From Candidatus Binatia bacterium (lineage in GTDB: Bacteria; Desulfobacterota; Binatia; UTPRO1), in assembly GCA_041488235.1 (NCBI GenBank), contig JBGPOW010000001.1, forward strand, positions 737 to 64,736: a stretch of 64,000 nucleotides of DNA, in the 5' to 3' direction. The notes under the pieces are model-generated. The model saw only the letters and a program-made list of their open reading frames with translations. It was not told the DNA's origin and made no database searches. Each line of letters starts with the position of its first letter. Position 1 is the stretch's first letter. This document shows positions 55,654 to 64,000 of the stretch, one piece after another. The translations under genes and the position numbers were made by a program.

Positions 55654-56817
55654 ATGACTTCCGCGCCGACGATCTCGGCGGAACGCCTCACCGCCCTTTT
55701 TCTCGAGCTCGTCCGCATCGACAGCCACTCGCGCAAGGAGCTGGCGGTCGCGCAGCGGCTGGAGCGCGAGCTGCGCGCCCTCGGCGCCGAGCTGTGGTTC
55801 GACGACGCCGGCGCGAAGGTCGGCGGCAACGTCGGCAATCTCCTCGCGCGCGTGCATGGCACCGTCGACGTCGAGCCGCTGCTCCTCGCCGCGCACATGG
55901 ACACCGTCGTGCCGGGCGAGGGCGTGAACCCGATCGTCGAGGGCGACGTGATCCGCAGCGACGGCACGACGGTCCTCGGCGGCGACGACAAGTCGGGCTG
56001 CGCGATCATCTGCGAGGTGCTGCACGTCCTCGCCGAGCAGCGAATCCCGCACGGCGACGTCGAAGTCGTCTTCACCATCTGCGAGGAGGTGGGGCTCCTC
56101 GGCGCGAAGTATCTCGACGTCTCGCGGCTGCGCGCCCGCTCCGGGCTCGTGCTCGACAGCGACGCGCCCGGGTATCTCTTCACGCGCGCGCCCGCGGCGA
56201 ATCATCTCGACTTCGTCGTGCACGGCCTCGAGGCGCACGCGGGCATGGCGCCCGAGGAAGGCATCAGCGCGATCCGCGTCGCCGCCGAGGGCATCGCCGC
56301 GATGCGCCTCGGCCGGATCGACGCCGAGACGACGGCGAACATCGGCACCGTGCGCGGCGGCGCCGCCACCAACATCGTGCCGAACCGCGTCGAGCTGCAC
56401 GGCGAGGCGCGCAGTCACGACGTCGCAAAGCTCGAGGCGCAGTGCGCGCACATGCGTGCGTGCTTGGAAGAGGCGGCGGCGCGCCACGTCGTGAACCGCA
56501 GCGACGGCTCGTTCCGCGCCTCGGTCGAATCGCGGATCTTTCGCAGCTACGAGGAGATGGCGGTGCCCGACGAGTCGCCGATCGTGCAGCTCGTGCTCCG
56601 CGCCGCCCAGGCGATCGGCGCGTCGGTCGAGAGCGCGGCGATGGGCGGCGGGTGCGACGCGAACGTCTTGAACCGTCGCGGATTCGAGGTCGCGAACCTC
56701 GGCACCGGCATGCAGCGCATCCACACCGTCCACGAGTGGCTGCGGGTGAGCGACATGGCGCGCACGGCGGCGGTGATCGCCGAGATGGTCCGCCTCCGCG
56801 GCGCCGGCGCCGCCTGA
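55654..56817 (+). CDS. M20/M42-family metallopeptidase (PepT/tripeptidase-like)
   Basis: AAHMDTVVPGEG, GGDDKSGCA, EEVGLLGAKYLD and a HxxE C-terminal region. Confidence 0.75.
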   Translation: MTSAPTISAERLTALFLELVRIDSHSRKELAVAQRLERELRALGAELWFDDAGAKVGGNVGNLLARVHGTVDVEPLLLAAHMDTVVPGEGVNPIVEGDVIRSDGTTVLGGDDKSGCAIICEVLHVLAEQRIPHGDVEVVFTICEEVGLLGAKYLDVSRLRARSGLVLDSDAPGYLFTRAPAANHLDFVVHGLEAHAGMAPEEGISAIRVAAEGIAAMRLGRIDAETTANIGTVRGGAATNIVPNRVELHGEARSHDVAKLEAQCAHMRACLEEAAARHVVNRSDGSFRASVESRIFRSYEEMAVPDESPIVQLVLRAAQAIGASVESAAMGGGCDANVLNRRGFEVANLGTGMQRIHTVHEWLRVSDMARTAAVIAEMVRLRGAGAA

Positions 56818-56854
56818 TCGCGCGCACCGCCGCCGAAGGGCCGATGCCAGCCGT

Positions 56855-57817
56855 TCAGGCCGTGCGCCGCAGTCGCGGCAGTCGCGCGCCCGTCGCGACG
56901 AACACGACGCCGCCGAGCAAGCTGCTGACGACGATCACCAGAAACCACAGCGCGCCGTACGCGACGGCGCTCGCCTGCGGGACGCCGATCTTTTGCAGAA
57001 ACAAGAGATACCCGCCCTCGCGCAACCCGATCCCGGAGAGCGTGATCGGGATCGCCGCGAGCGCGCTCACCAGCGGATGGAAGATGCAGATGTACGTGAA
57101 CGGCACGTCGAGACCGAGGGCGCGCGCGACGACGAATTGCGTTGCGATCTGCACGAAGTGAAACACCAGCGACACCGCCGACGCGCCGATCAGCATGCCG
57201 CGATCGCGCCAGAAGGGGCCGAGGTCGTTCTCGACGAAGCGCCGGATCCCGTGCGTCGGCGGCAGGACGAGACGCACGAGTACCGGCGCGAGCCACCACG
57301 CGAGGAAGATTCCGGCGCCGAACGCAACGGTGGCGTAGAAGAGCGGTCGCGGCAGGTCCGGGTATGAGCCCCGAAACAATAGGAACGCCGCCGCGCCGAT
57401 CGCGACCAGCACGACGAGCCCATTCAAGCGATCGAAGATCACCGAGTTGAGGGCGCGCGCGCGGCCGCCGACGCTCTCGGCGAGATAGAGGCTGCGCACC
57501 AGGTCGCCGCCGAGCGTGCTCGGCCCGAAGAACATGAAGAACATGCCGATGAAGTAGTAGCGGACGTAGTGGACGAAGCTGTCGACGAGACCGACCGAGA
57601 CCCCGATCAGGCGCCAGCGATACGCGCTCAGCACCTGGCCGACGACGTAGAGCGCGATCGCGCCGAGCACGTAGCCGGCACGCGCGGCGGCGATGAGGTG
57701 CGCGCTCTCGCGAAGGTCGACCCGTCGTGCGATCAGCCACACGGCGAGCGCGCTGACGCCGAATTGTAAAATGATCTTCCACCGTCCTCCTCGCGACGGT
57801 TGCGACTCGTCCGGCAT
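56855..57817 (-). CDS. Lysylphosphatidylglycerol-synthase-like transmembrane domain protein (UPF0104 flippase-like)
   Basis: Internal ATG at 57817. 8 TM helices. The pattern WRLIGVSVGLVDSFVHYVRYYFIGMFFMFFGPSTLGGDLVRSLYL is typical of TIGR00374. Confidence 0.7.
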   Translation of the reverse strand: MPDESQPSRGGRWKIILQFGVSALAVWLIARRVDLRESAHLIAAARAGYVLGAIALYVVGQVLSAYRWRLIGVSVGLVDSFVHYVRYYFIGMFFMFFGPSTLGGDLVRSLYLAESVGGRARALNSVIFDRLNGLVVLVAIGAAAFLLFRGSYPDLPRPLFYATVAFGAGIFLAWWLAPVLVRLVLPPTHGIRRFVENDLGPFWRDRGMLIGASAVSLVFHFVQIATQFVVARALGLDVPFTYICIFHPLVSALAAIPITLSGIGLREGGYLLFLQKIGVPQASAVAYGALWFLVIVVSSLLGGVVFVATGARLPRLRRTA

Positions 57818-58088
57818 GGCGCGCGAGAGTCGTGCGCGCTGACGCAAATTGCAAGCGCCGCACGACAAGTCGCAGAGCGCATGCTCGGCACCACGTTGAC
57901 GAGTGACGGCGGCTTGCGGGTGCGCACGCGACCAGTCGCGCGTTCTTTCGAACTGCGCGGGCGGCACGGCGAGTGCATCGTGATGCGCCGTGGAGCGCGA
58001 GCACTCGGCGCATCGGAGGCCCCGCTCACGTCGCGCCGACGAGACATCGTTGGAGTTGCACGGAGCACGACGGCGCGCCGTCATAGCA

Positions 58089-59477
58089 ATGCTCGCCGCG
58101 CTCGGCATCGTGTCCGCGGCACGCGCGACTGCCGCGCCGGTGCGCCTGGGCGACGGCATGACCATCGTGCCTGCAGCCAACCGGGCACCGACGCCGCGTC
58201 TGCACGTTTCGCCGGCATCCGGACCCGCGCCGCTGACCGTCACGTTGAGCGCGCGCCGGTCGCGCGATCCGGACGGAGACGCGCTGGCGTTCTCGTGGAA
58301 CTTCGGCGACGGCACCGTCGCGGGCGGCCGAACGGCGCGCGACCCGGCGTCCGCGAGCGCGCGCGTGACGCACGTCTACACCATGCCGGGCACATACGTC
58401 GCGGTCGTCGGCGTCGCCGACGCCGCGCACGTCGCGACCGCGAGCACGACGATCGTCGTCGAGCCGCCGGCGTCGCCATCGCTGCCGCCCCCGCCACCCG
58501 CGGGCACCCTCGATGACGACGTGCTCGAGGGCTTCGGCGCAACGACCGCCGGCGGCACTGGTGGCGCGGAGATTCACGTCACGGAGCCGACCGAGGCCGC
58601 CGTGCGCGCAGCATTCGCGGCGGCGCGTACCGGCGGCGCGATCGTGATCTTCGACGTCGCGGGACCGATCGTCGTGACGAGCCCGCTCCCGTACCTGAGC
58701 GGCGCGTTCGTCACGATCGAGGGAAAGGGCGCGACGTTGATCGGCAGCGGCATCGCGGCGAGCGCACCGCTCGTCGAGGTGAGCGGCCACGACGTGATCG
58801 TGCGCGACCTCCGCCTGCGAAACGGCGGCGACAATCTGCGCGCGCAAGGCGACGGCGCGTACAACGTCGTCTTCAGCCACGTGTCGTCGACGGGCGCCGC
58901 CGACGACGGCATCTCGATCGGCTACGGCGCCCACGACGTCACCGTGCAGTGGAGCTTCCTCGCCGGGAACACGCGCTCGCTCTTCGTGAAGTACGGTGCG
59001 ACGACCGACGTGTCGATCCATCACACCTGGGTGATGAAGCAGTGGATCCGCGGCCCGCTCATCTCGAGCGCCGTCCGCGCCGACGTCCGCAACGTGATCG
59101 TCGAGGACTGGGCGATGTGGGGCGTGCGGTTCGAGGCCGACGCCCGCGGCAACGTGGTGAGCTCGCTCTTCGACCTCGGACCGTATGCGCACAGCATCGG
59201 CGGTAAGACCCGGAGCGCGCTCAGGCTGATCCAATCCGGACCCGTCTTCACCGCGGGCAACGTGTACGACGGCCTCGCCGAGCACGCGACCGACGGCCTC
59301 GCGACGGCGCCGCTCGACGCGCCGCCGGTGACGACGTTGCCGGTCGCCGACATGGAGCCGTTCGTGCGCGCGCGTGCCGGCTGCATGCCGCGCGACGACG
59401 TCGACCAGGCATACATCGCGCTCGACGAGGGGTGGAACGTCGGAAAAGAGTCGCCGCTTCGGCTGACGGCGCCGTGA
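58089..59477 (+). CDS. Secreted PKD-domain plus right-handed beta-helix (pectate-lyase-like) protein
   Basis: Signal peptide MLAALGIVSAARATAAP. PKD signature FSWNFGDGT...HVYTMPGTYVAVVGV. LEGFGATTAGGTGG and repeated ...NVVFSHVS.../...VTVQWSF... rungs indicate a beta-helix. The track ORF begins at 57990, so the start is ambiguous. Confidence 0.65.
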   Translation: MLAALGIVSAARATAAPVRLGDGMTIVPAANRAPTPRLHVSPASGPAPLTVTLSARRSRDPDGDALAFSWNFGDGTVAGGRTARDPASASARVTHVYTMPGTYVAVVGVADAAHVATASTTIVVEPPASPSLPPPPPAGTLDDDVLEGFGATTAGGTGGAEIHVTEPTEAAVRAAFAAARTGGAIVIFDVAGPIVVTSPLPYLSGAFVTIEGKGATLIGSGIAASAPLVEVSGHDVIVRDLRLRNGGDNLRAQGDGAYNVVFSHVSSTGAADDGISIGYGAHDVTVQWSFLAGNTRSLFVKYGATTDVSIHHTWVMKQWIRGPLISSAVRADVRNVIVEDWAMWGVRFEADARGNVVSSLFDLGPYAHSIGGKTRSALRLIQSGPVFTAGNVYDGLAEHATDGLATAPLDAPPVTTLPVADMEPFVRARAGCMPRDDVDQAYIALDEGWNVGKESPLRLTAP

Positions 59478-59634
59478 TCGATTGACGGCGCGCTGATCCG
59501 CGTCCGCATCGCCCGCGGCGACGCGCGCGTATCGCGTTTTGACTCGGCGCCATCGCTCCCCGATTGCCTTCCCGCGCGCCTGCGTCACAATGGCGCGTTG
59601 AACGACCTTCGTCGTTCACGAGGAGGAGCAATCT

Positions 59635-61137
59635 ATGAACACAGAAGTTCGCGTGCGCCCATGGCAACTGGCGGTACTCAGCATCGCCGGCGGCGCGATC
59701 GGCGCATTGATCTTCGCCGTCACCATGCCGGCACGCCTCGAGTCGCAGATGGAAGTCGAGATGCCGTCGTTCGCCAGCTTGGCGCAGCAGGTGATGCCGG
59801 CGGTCGTGAACATCAACACCAGCAAGACGATCGCCGCCGGGCCGCGGCGGCCGTCCCCGCACGGGCAGGACCCGCGCGGGCAGGATCCGTTCGAGCAGTT
59901 CTTCGGCGAGGATTTCTGGGAGCGCTTCGGCGGACGGCACGGGCCGCAGAAGCAGCGCAGCCTCGGCTCGGGCTTCGTCATCGACAACGCCGGCTACATC
60001 GTCACCAACCGCCACGTGGTGAATGGCGCCGACGACATCGACGTGACGTTCTCGAACGCCAAGTCATACAAGGCAAAGCTCGTCGGCGAGGACGCGAAGA
60101 CCGACGTCGCCGTCCTGAAGATCAAGCCCGAGGGACGACTCCCGACCGTGCCGCTCGGCGACTCGTCGAAGCTGCAGGTCGGCGACTGGGTGATCGCCGT
60201 CGGGAATCCCTTCGGTCTCGAGCACACGGTCACGGCCGGCATCGTCTCGGCGCGCGACCGGGTGATCGGCGCCGGCCCGTACGACGACTTCATCCAGACC
60301 GACGCCTCGATCAACCCCGGCAACTCGGGCGGGCCGCTCTTCGACCAGCACGGCAAGGTCATCGGCATCGCGACCGCGATCTTCAGCCAGAGCGGCGGCA
60401 ACATCGGCATCGGATTCGCGACCCCGATCAACCTCGCCCGCGCCGTCGTCGATCAGCTGCGCGCGACCGGCAAGGTGGTGCGCGGCTGGCTCGGCGTCGG
60501 CATTCAGCCGCTCGGGCGCGATCTCCGGCAGGCGCTCGGCCTCGGCGATCTCGAGGGCGCGCTCGTCGCGGACGTGCAGCGGAACAGCCCGGCGGAGAAA
60601 GCCGGCCTGAAGCGCGGCGACGTCGTGATCGCGCTCAATGGCAAGCCCGTCGTCGAGCCGGGAGCGCTCAGTCGCGAGATCGCGATGATGAAGCCCGGCA
60701 CCGACGTCCATCTGCGCGTCAACCGCGACGGCAAAGAGCGCGACCTCTCGGCGCAAATCGGTCAGCTCCCGGAGGACCGTGGCGCCTCCGAGGACACGGA
60801 GGAGCTCGGCGGTGAGCCGGGCGGGGAACGGCGCGGCAGCGGACAGACCGTCGGCGACCTCGGTCTCGCCCTCGACAACTTGACCGATGCGGCCCGCCGC
60901 CAGCTCGGCTACGGTCGCGAGATCGCGGGCGCGCTCATCACCGGGATCGCCTCGGGCAGCCCCGCCGACGACGCCGGCCTTCGACCCGGCGACGTCATCG
61001 TGCAAATCGACCGCAAGGACGTCGCGAGCGCGAGCGCCGCGGTACGCGCACTCTCCGCGGCCGAGCCGCCCATCCTGCTGCTCGTGCGGCGCGGCAGCAG
61101 CACCGTGTTCGTGACGATCAGTCCTGCCCGCGGCTGA
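59635..61137 (+). CDS. htrA: DegP/HtrA (Do-family) serine protease with two PDZ domains
   Basis: GSGFVIDNAGYIVTNRHVV (His), DVAVLKI (Asp), GNSGGPLFD (Ser). Two PDZ segments. Confidence 0.9.
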   Translation: MNTEVRVRPWQLAVLSIAGGAIGALIFAVTMPARLESQMEVEMPSFASLAQQVMPAVVNINTSKTIAAGPRRPSPHGQDPRGQDPFEQFFGEDFWERFGGRHGPQKQRSLGSGFVIDNAGYIVTNRHVVNGADDIDVTFSNAKSYKAKLVGEDAKTDVAVLKIKPEGRLPTVPLGDSSKLQVGDWVIAVGNPFGLEHTVTAGIVSARDRVIGAGPYDDFIQTDASINPGNSGGPLFDQHGKVIGIATAIFSQSGGNIGIGFATPINLARAVVDQLRATGKVVRGWLGVGIQPLGRDLRQALGLGDLEGALVADVQRNSPAEKAGLKRGDVVIALNGKPVVEPGALSREIAMMKPGTDVHLRVNRDGKERDLSAQIGQLPEDRGASEDTEELGGEPGGERRGSGQTVGDLGLALDNLTDAARRQLGYGREIAGALITGIASGSPADDAGLRPGDVIVQIDRKDVASASAAVRALSAAEPPILLLVRRGSSTVFVTISPARG

Positions 61138-61927
61138 GCGACGGCGGGCGCGGCGGAGCGTCGTCGGCGCTCCGCCGCGGCCGCGTTCCCTCGGCGAGCG
61201 GCCGCAGCGCGGCGAGCGCGCTCACCGACTGGCGATACGCGCGGTAGTACGGTGCGAGGTTTCCCGCCAACACCGACCCGTGGCCGGGTGCGAGAAGCGT
61301 GGGCGCGCTCGCCTCGACGCGGTCGAGCACGCGCTGCAGCGGCACCTCGGGCGGCGTGCCGTAAAACGTCCGGTAGAGCTGCACCGAGAGCGACGAGCGA
61401 TCGTCGTGGATGATCGCGTCGAGGTGCCCCGGCTGCAGAAAGAGATCGCCGGTGAACGCGATTTGCGTCCGCTCTTCGACGAGCATGATGCCGTCCCACG
61501 CGTGGACGTACGGGGCGTCGATGACACGCAGCGCGCGCTCGCCGGCGGCGATCACCTCACCGTCGCCGACGCCGCGTACCGGACGCAGTGCGTAGTCGGC
61601 GAGCGACGCCATCGCGGCGCGCATCGAGGCGAGTGTCTCGGCGCGCGGTGCGCGCGCGAGGAGCTCGTTCAAGGCGCCGCATTCGTCGGCTTCGAAGTGC
61701 AGGACGACGATCCACCGCAACGTGCTCGGATCGAGGACGCGCGCGATCGCCTTCCACGTCTCCTCGAAGTGGCAACGCATCCCGGTCGAGATCAGCGTCG
61801 GCTCCGTGCCCGTGAGCAGGTAGCCATTGATCGAGCTCCGCCACGGCTCGTAATACGAGCTCAGACGATGGATGCCGGGCGCGATCTCGGCGACCGCGGT
61901 TCGACGGTCCGTGGCGTTATCGGCCAT
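61118..61927 (-). CDS. MBL-fold metallo-hydrolase-like protein (possibly a di-iron ODP/FprA-type beta-lactamase domain)
   Basis: VVLHFEADECG (HxExD-type motif in place of HxHxDH), ...HGSVL... Converges on and overlaps the htrA end by 20 nt. Confidence 0.6.
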   Translation of the reverse strand: MADNATDRRTAVAEIAPGIHRLSSYYEPWRSSINGYLLTGTEPTLISTGMRCHFEETWKAIARVLDPSTLRWIVVLHFEADECGALNELLARAPRAETLASMRAAMASLADYALRPVRGVGDGEVIAAGERALRVIDAPYVHAWDGIMLVEERTQIAFTGDLFLQPGHLDAIIHDDRSSLSVQLYRTFYGTPPEVPLQRVLDRVEASAPTLLAPGHGSVLAGNLAPYYRAYRQSVSALAALRPLAEGTRPRRSADDAPPRPPSLSRGQD

Positions 61928-61962
61928 GCCCCGACGCTACCATCGGAATGCGCCGCCGGGAA

Positions 61963-62424
61963 TCAGCGAACTTTCGGCGCCGCGCCGGTCATCACGTAGT
62001 CCTCGCCGCCATAGACCGCCTCGATCGCCCGCACCAGCTCGTTCGGACGCGCGTCCTTCACGAGGTAGCCGCTCGCGCCCGCCTCGAGCGCGCCGCGCAC
62101 GTAGACCTCCTCCATGTGCATCGTGAGCGCGAGCACGCGCGTCGCCGGGAAGTCCTTGCGGATGATGCGCGTCGCCTCGATGCCGCTCATCTTCGGGAGC
62201 GACAGATCCATCATGACGATGTCGGGCTCGAGATCGCGGACGCGCGCGATCGCGTCCTCACCCGTCGACGCCTCGCCGACCACGAACACGCCGACCATCG
62301 AGCTCAGCACCCGCTTCAGCCCTTCGCGGACGAGAGGATGGTCGTCGACGAGCAGCAGTCGAATCGTCGGCCGTTCTTCGGGAGCCCGGACCTTCTGGTG
62401 CGACGCGTTGGTTTTCACCGTCAT
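61963..62424 (-). CDS. Response regulator, receiver domain only (NarL-type receiver lacking an HTH)
   Basis: IRLLLVDDHPLVREGLKRVL...DIVMMDLSLPKMSGIEATRII...VLALTMH...GASGYLVKD. Ends after 153 aa. Confidence 0.7.
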   Translation of the reverse strand: MTVKTNASHQKVRAPEERPTIRLLLVDDHPLVREGLKRVLSSMVGVFVVGEASTGEDAIARVRDLEPDIVMMDLSLPKMSGIEATRIIRKDFPATRVLALTMHMEEVYVRGALEAGASGYLVKDARPNELVRAIEAVYGGEDYVMTGAAPKVR

Positions 62425-62571
62425 CTGCTCGCCTGCTACCGTCGATGAAGGGGGGCAGCTCCTTCTAGACTACTCCGCGATCGCGCGCCAGCCGCCTCAG
62501 TACCGCGACATCGCTCGCGCCCTACGCGCCTCGGCAACGCGGAGACGCTGTGGTAACACGCACGTCGACTG

Positions 62572-64000
62572 ATGGCCCGATCTTCCGACCGCACCGTGAC
62601 GGCGCTGCTCGCCGCGGCCGCCGCACGCGATCGCGGCCATCCACTGGTGGAAGACGAGGATGTCGCGCTGACCGCGGCCGAGCTCGCGAGCCGCGTCACG
62701 CACGCCGCGTCCGAGCTCGCGTCGGCGGGCATCGGCGGCGGTGACCGCGTCGCGCTCTGGCTGCCGAACTCGGTCGGATTCGTGGAGGCGTTCCTCGGCG
62801 TGCTCGCCTGCGGCGCGCAGGCGCAGGTGCTCGCGCCGGTCGCGCCCGCGGCCGAGGTCCGGCGCGCGCTCGTCGAAGGCGCGGCGCGCGCGCTCGTCGG
62901 CGGGGCGCAGAGCGCGGACGTCGCGCCGCCGGCGATCGCCGCCGTCGCGGTCGCACCGAGCGGTCTGCGCATCGTACGCGCGCTCTGCGACGCGCATCGC
63001 GCGCCGCGCGCGCCGGTCGCGACCGACGCGGCGTTCGTCGCCTACTCCTCGGGGACGACGGGGCGGCCGCAGCCCGTCGTCCGCACGCACGAGAATCTCT
63101 GGTGGGAGGCGGACAACATTGCGTCGGCGACGGACATCGGCCCCGCGGACGCCATCCTCGGCGTCATCCCGCTTTCGCATTCGTACGGACTCGGCAACAC
63201 GCTCCTCACGAGCCTGCGTACGGGCGCGCGGCTCGTCTTGCGACCGCGATTTCTACGGCGCCCGACGCTCGATCTTGTGAGCGCGCACGGCGTGACCGTC
63301 TTCCCGACGGTGCCCTTCATGGCGCGCATGCTCGTGACCACTGACCGCGGCCGACGCTGGTCACTCGACACGCTCCGGTTCTGCATCAGCGCCGGCGCGC
63401 CGCTGACGCGCGACGTCTACGACGCCTTCCTCGCGCGCTTCGGCGTGCCGATCCGGCAGCTCTACGGCTTGACCGAGGCCGGCGACGTCGCGCTCAACAC
63501 GGCGCCGCTCGCGGAGCTCGACCCGACGAGCGTCGGCCGTCCGGTCGGCACCGTGCGCGTCACGATCGAGGACGCGAGCGGCGCCGAGGTCGCGCGCGGC
63601 GCGACCGGAGAGATCGTCGTCCGCAGCGACTCGGCGATGGGCGGAGCCGCGCAACCGCTCCGCACGCGGGACGAAGGGCACTGGAGCGAGCGCGGCGATC
63701 TGGTGATCACCGGACGCACGAGCCTCTTCATCAACAGCGCCGGCAACAAGGTGAACCCCGCCGAGGTCGAGACGGCGCTGCGCGGCCATCCGGCGGTCGC
63801 CGACGTCGCCGTGTTCGGCATCCCGACGCCGCACGGCGATCAAGTCGTCGCCGTCGCGGTCGTCGCACGCGTGCCGTGTACCGCCGAGGAGCTGCGCGTT
63901 CACTGCGGAACCTTGCTCGCGTCGTACAAGATCCCGCGGGTCGTGAGCTTCCGCGATGCTCTCCCACGGTCGCCGCTCGGCAAGGTCCTGATAGGCGAGC
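62572..64000 (+). CDS. AMP-dependent synthetase/ligase (acyl-CoA synthetase-like), 5' portion. Continues past the right window edge.
   Basis: Frame-1 translation from ATG 62572 gives ...GDRVALWLPNSVGFVEAFLGVLACGA...AFVAYSSGTTGRPQPVVRTHENL...LYGLTEAG...GRTSLFINSAGNKVNPAEVE...LPRSPLGKVL, including the AMP-binding signature (Y/F)SSGTTGxPK. It is absent from the ORF track because there is no stop in the window. Confidence 0.75.
   Translation, partial: MARSSDRTVTALLAAAAARDRGHPLVEDEDVALTAAELASRVTHAASELASAGIGGGDRVALWLPNSVGFVEAFLGVLACGAQAQVLAPVAPAAEVRRALVEGAARALVGGAQSADVAPPAIAAVAVAPSGLRIVRALCDAHRAPRAPVATDAAFVAYSSGTTGRPQPVVRTHENLWWEADNIASATDIGPADAILGVIPLSHSYGLGNTLLTSLRTGARLVLRPRFLRRPTLDLVSAHGVTVFPTVPFMARMLVTTDRGRRWSLDTLRFCISAGAPLTRDVYDAFLARFGVPIRQLYGLTEAGDVALNTAPLAELDPTSVGRPVGTVRVTIEDASGAEVARGATGEIVVRSDSAMGGAAQPLRTRDEGHWSERGDLVITGRTSLFINSAGNKVNPAEVETALRGHPAVADVAVFGIPTPHGDQVVAVAVVARVPCTAEELRVHCGTLLASYKIPRVVSFRDALPRSPLGKVLIGE

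Noticed and set aside
62436-63903. Minus-strand ORFs 62436..62972, 62497..63180 and 63361..63903, and plus-frame ORF 62741..63280
   Set aside because: The unlisted plus frame 1 from ATG 62572 encodes an AMP-binding enzyme with the YSSGTTG motif and runs off the window. The listed ORFs are shadow frames.

Overview
This is a high-GC (about 70% by eye) bacterial chromosomal window carrying mostly conserved housekeeping and envelope genes, with one accessory island. At this GC content the ORF track is dominated by long arginine-rich antisense ORFs, which I rejected wherever a motif-bearing gene lay on the opposite strand. Start coordinates are derived from positions in the ORF track; several were not re-checked base-by-base. 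Confident calls, in order along the window:

- A partial response-regulator receiver gene runs off the left edge on the minus strand and is absent from the ORF track because it is edge-truncated.
- Next are a TIGR01777 epimerase, crcB, a PAP2 phosphatase, tRNA-Val(CAC), an EthD–SDR–HExxH gene group, a PKD lipoprotein and a monocistronic phasin.
- A long minus-strand run of overlapping genes follows: maf, yggS, proC, yggT, DUF167, an FmdB zinc-ribbon gene, hyuA and hyuB.
- A peptidoglycan-recycling group: slt on the plus strand, then mpl, an AmpH/PBP4*-like serine hydrolase and ldcA on the minus strand.
- DAHP synthase, two DUF507 genes and groES-groEL with no CIRCE element, then a MauE/DoxX plus rhodanese pair and a CheY-like regulator.
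- An accessory island of about 6.2 kb, roughly 25.64–31.88 kb, looks lower in GC by eye. It carries two divergent inverted IS1-family transposase genes (one frameshifted), DUF2335, a secreted FGE/SUMF1-domain protein, two small ribbon-helix-helix proteins and a 302-aa zinc-ribbon protein, bracketed by 22-bp-periodic repeat arrays, TAGGACAC iterons and a 15-bp direct repeat.
- Downstream of the island: ffh, rpsP, a KH-domain gene, rimM, trmD, a SPOUT methyltransferase and rplS; then bactofilin, oppABCDF (minus strand), a lipoprotein and a TPR protein.
- mogA plus a MoaD–MoaE fusion with a candidate Moco riboswitch upstream; a NarL-type two-component system; miaB; a panE–JAMM/MPN+–alpha/beta-hydrolase operon; GTP-dependent PEPCK.
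- A type IV pilin gene with an apparent sigma-54 promoter; an M20 peptidase; an LPG-synthase-like membrane protein; a PKD + pectate-lyase-like secreted protein; htrA; an MBL-fold protein; a receiver-only regulator.
- A partial AMP-dependent ligase runs off the right edge and is likewise absent from the ORF track.

No CRISPR array or rRNA was seen. The most interesting region is the mobile island. Second is the MoaD–MoaE fusion, with a stand-alone JAMM protease about 6 kb away and a possible Moco riboswitch.
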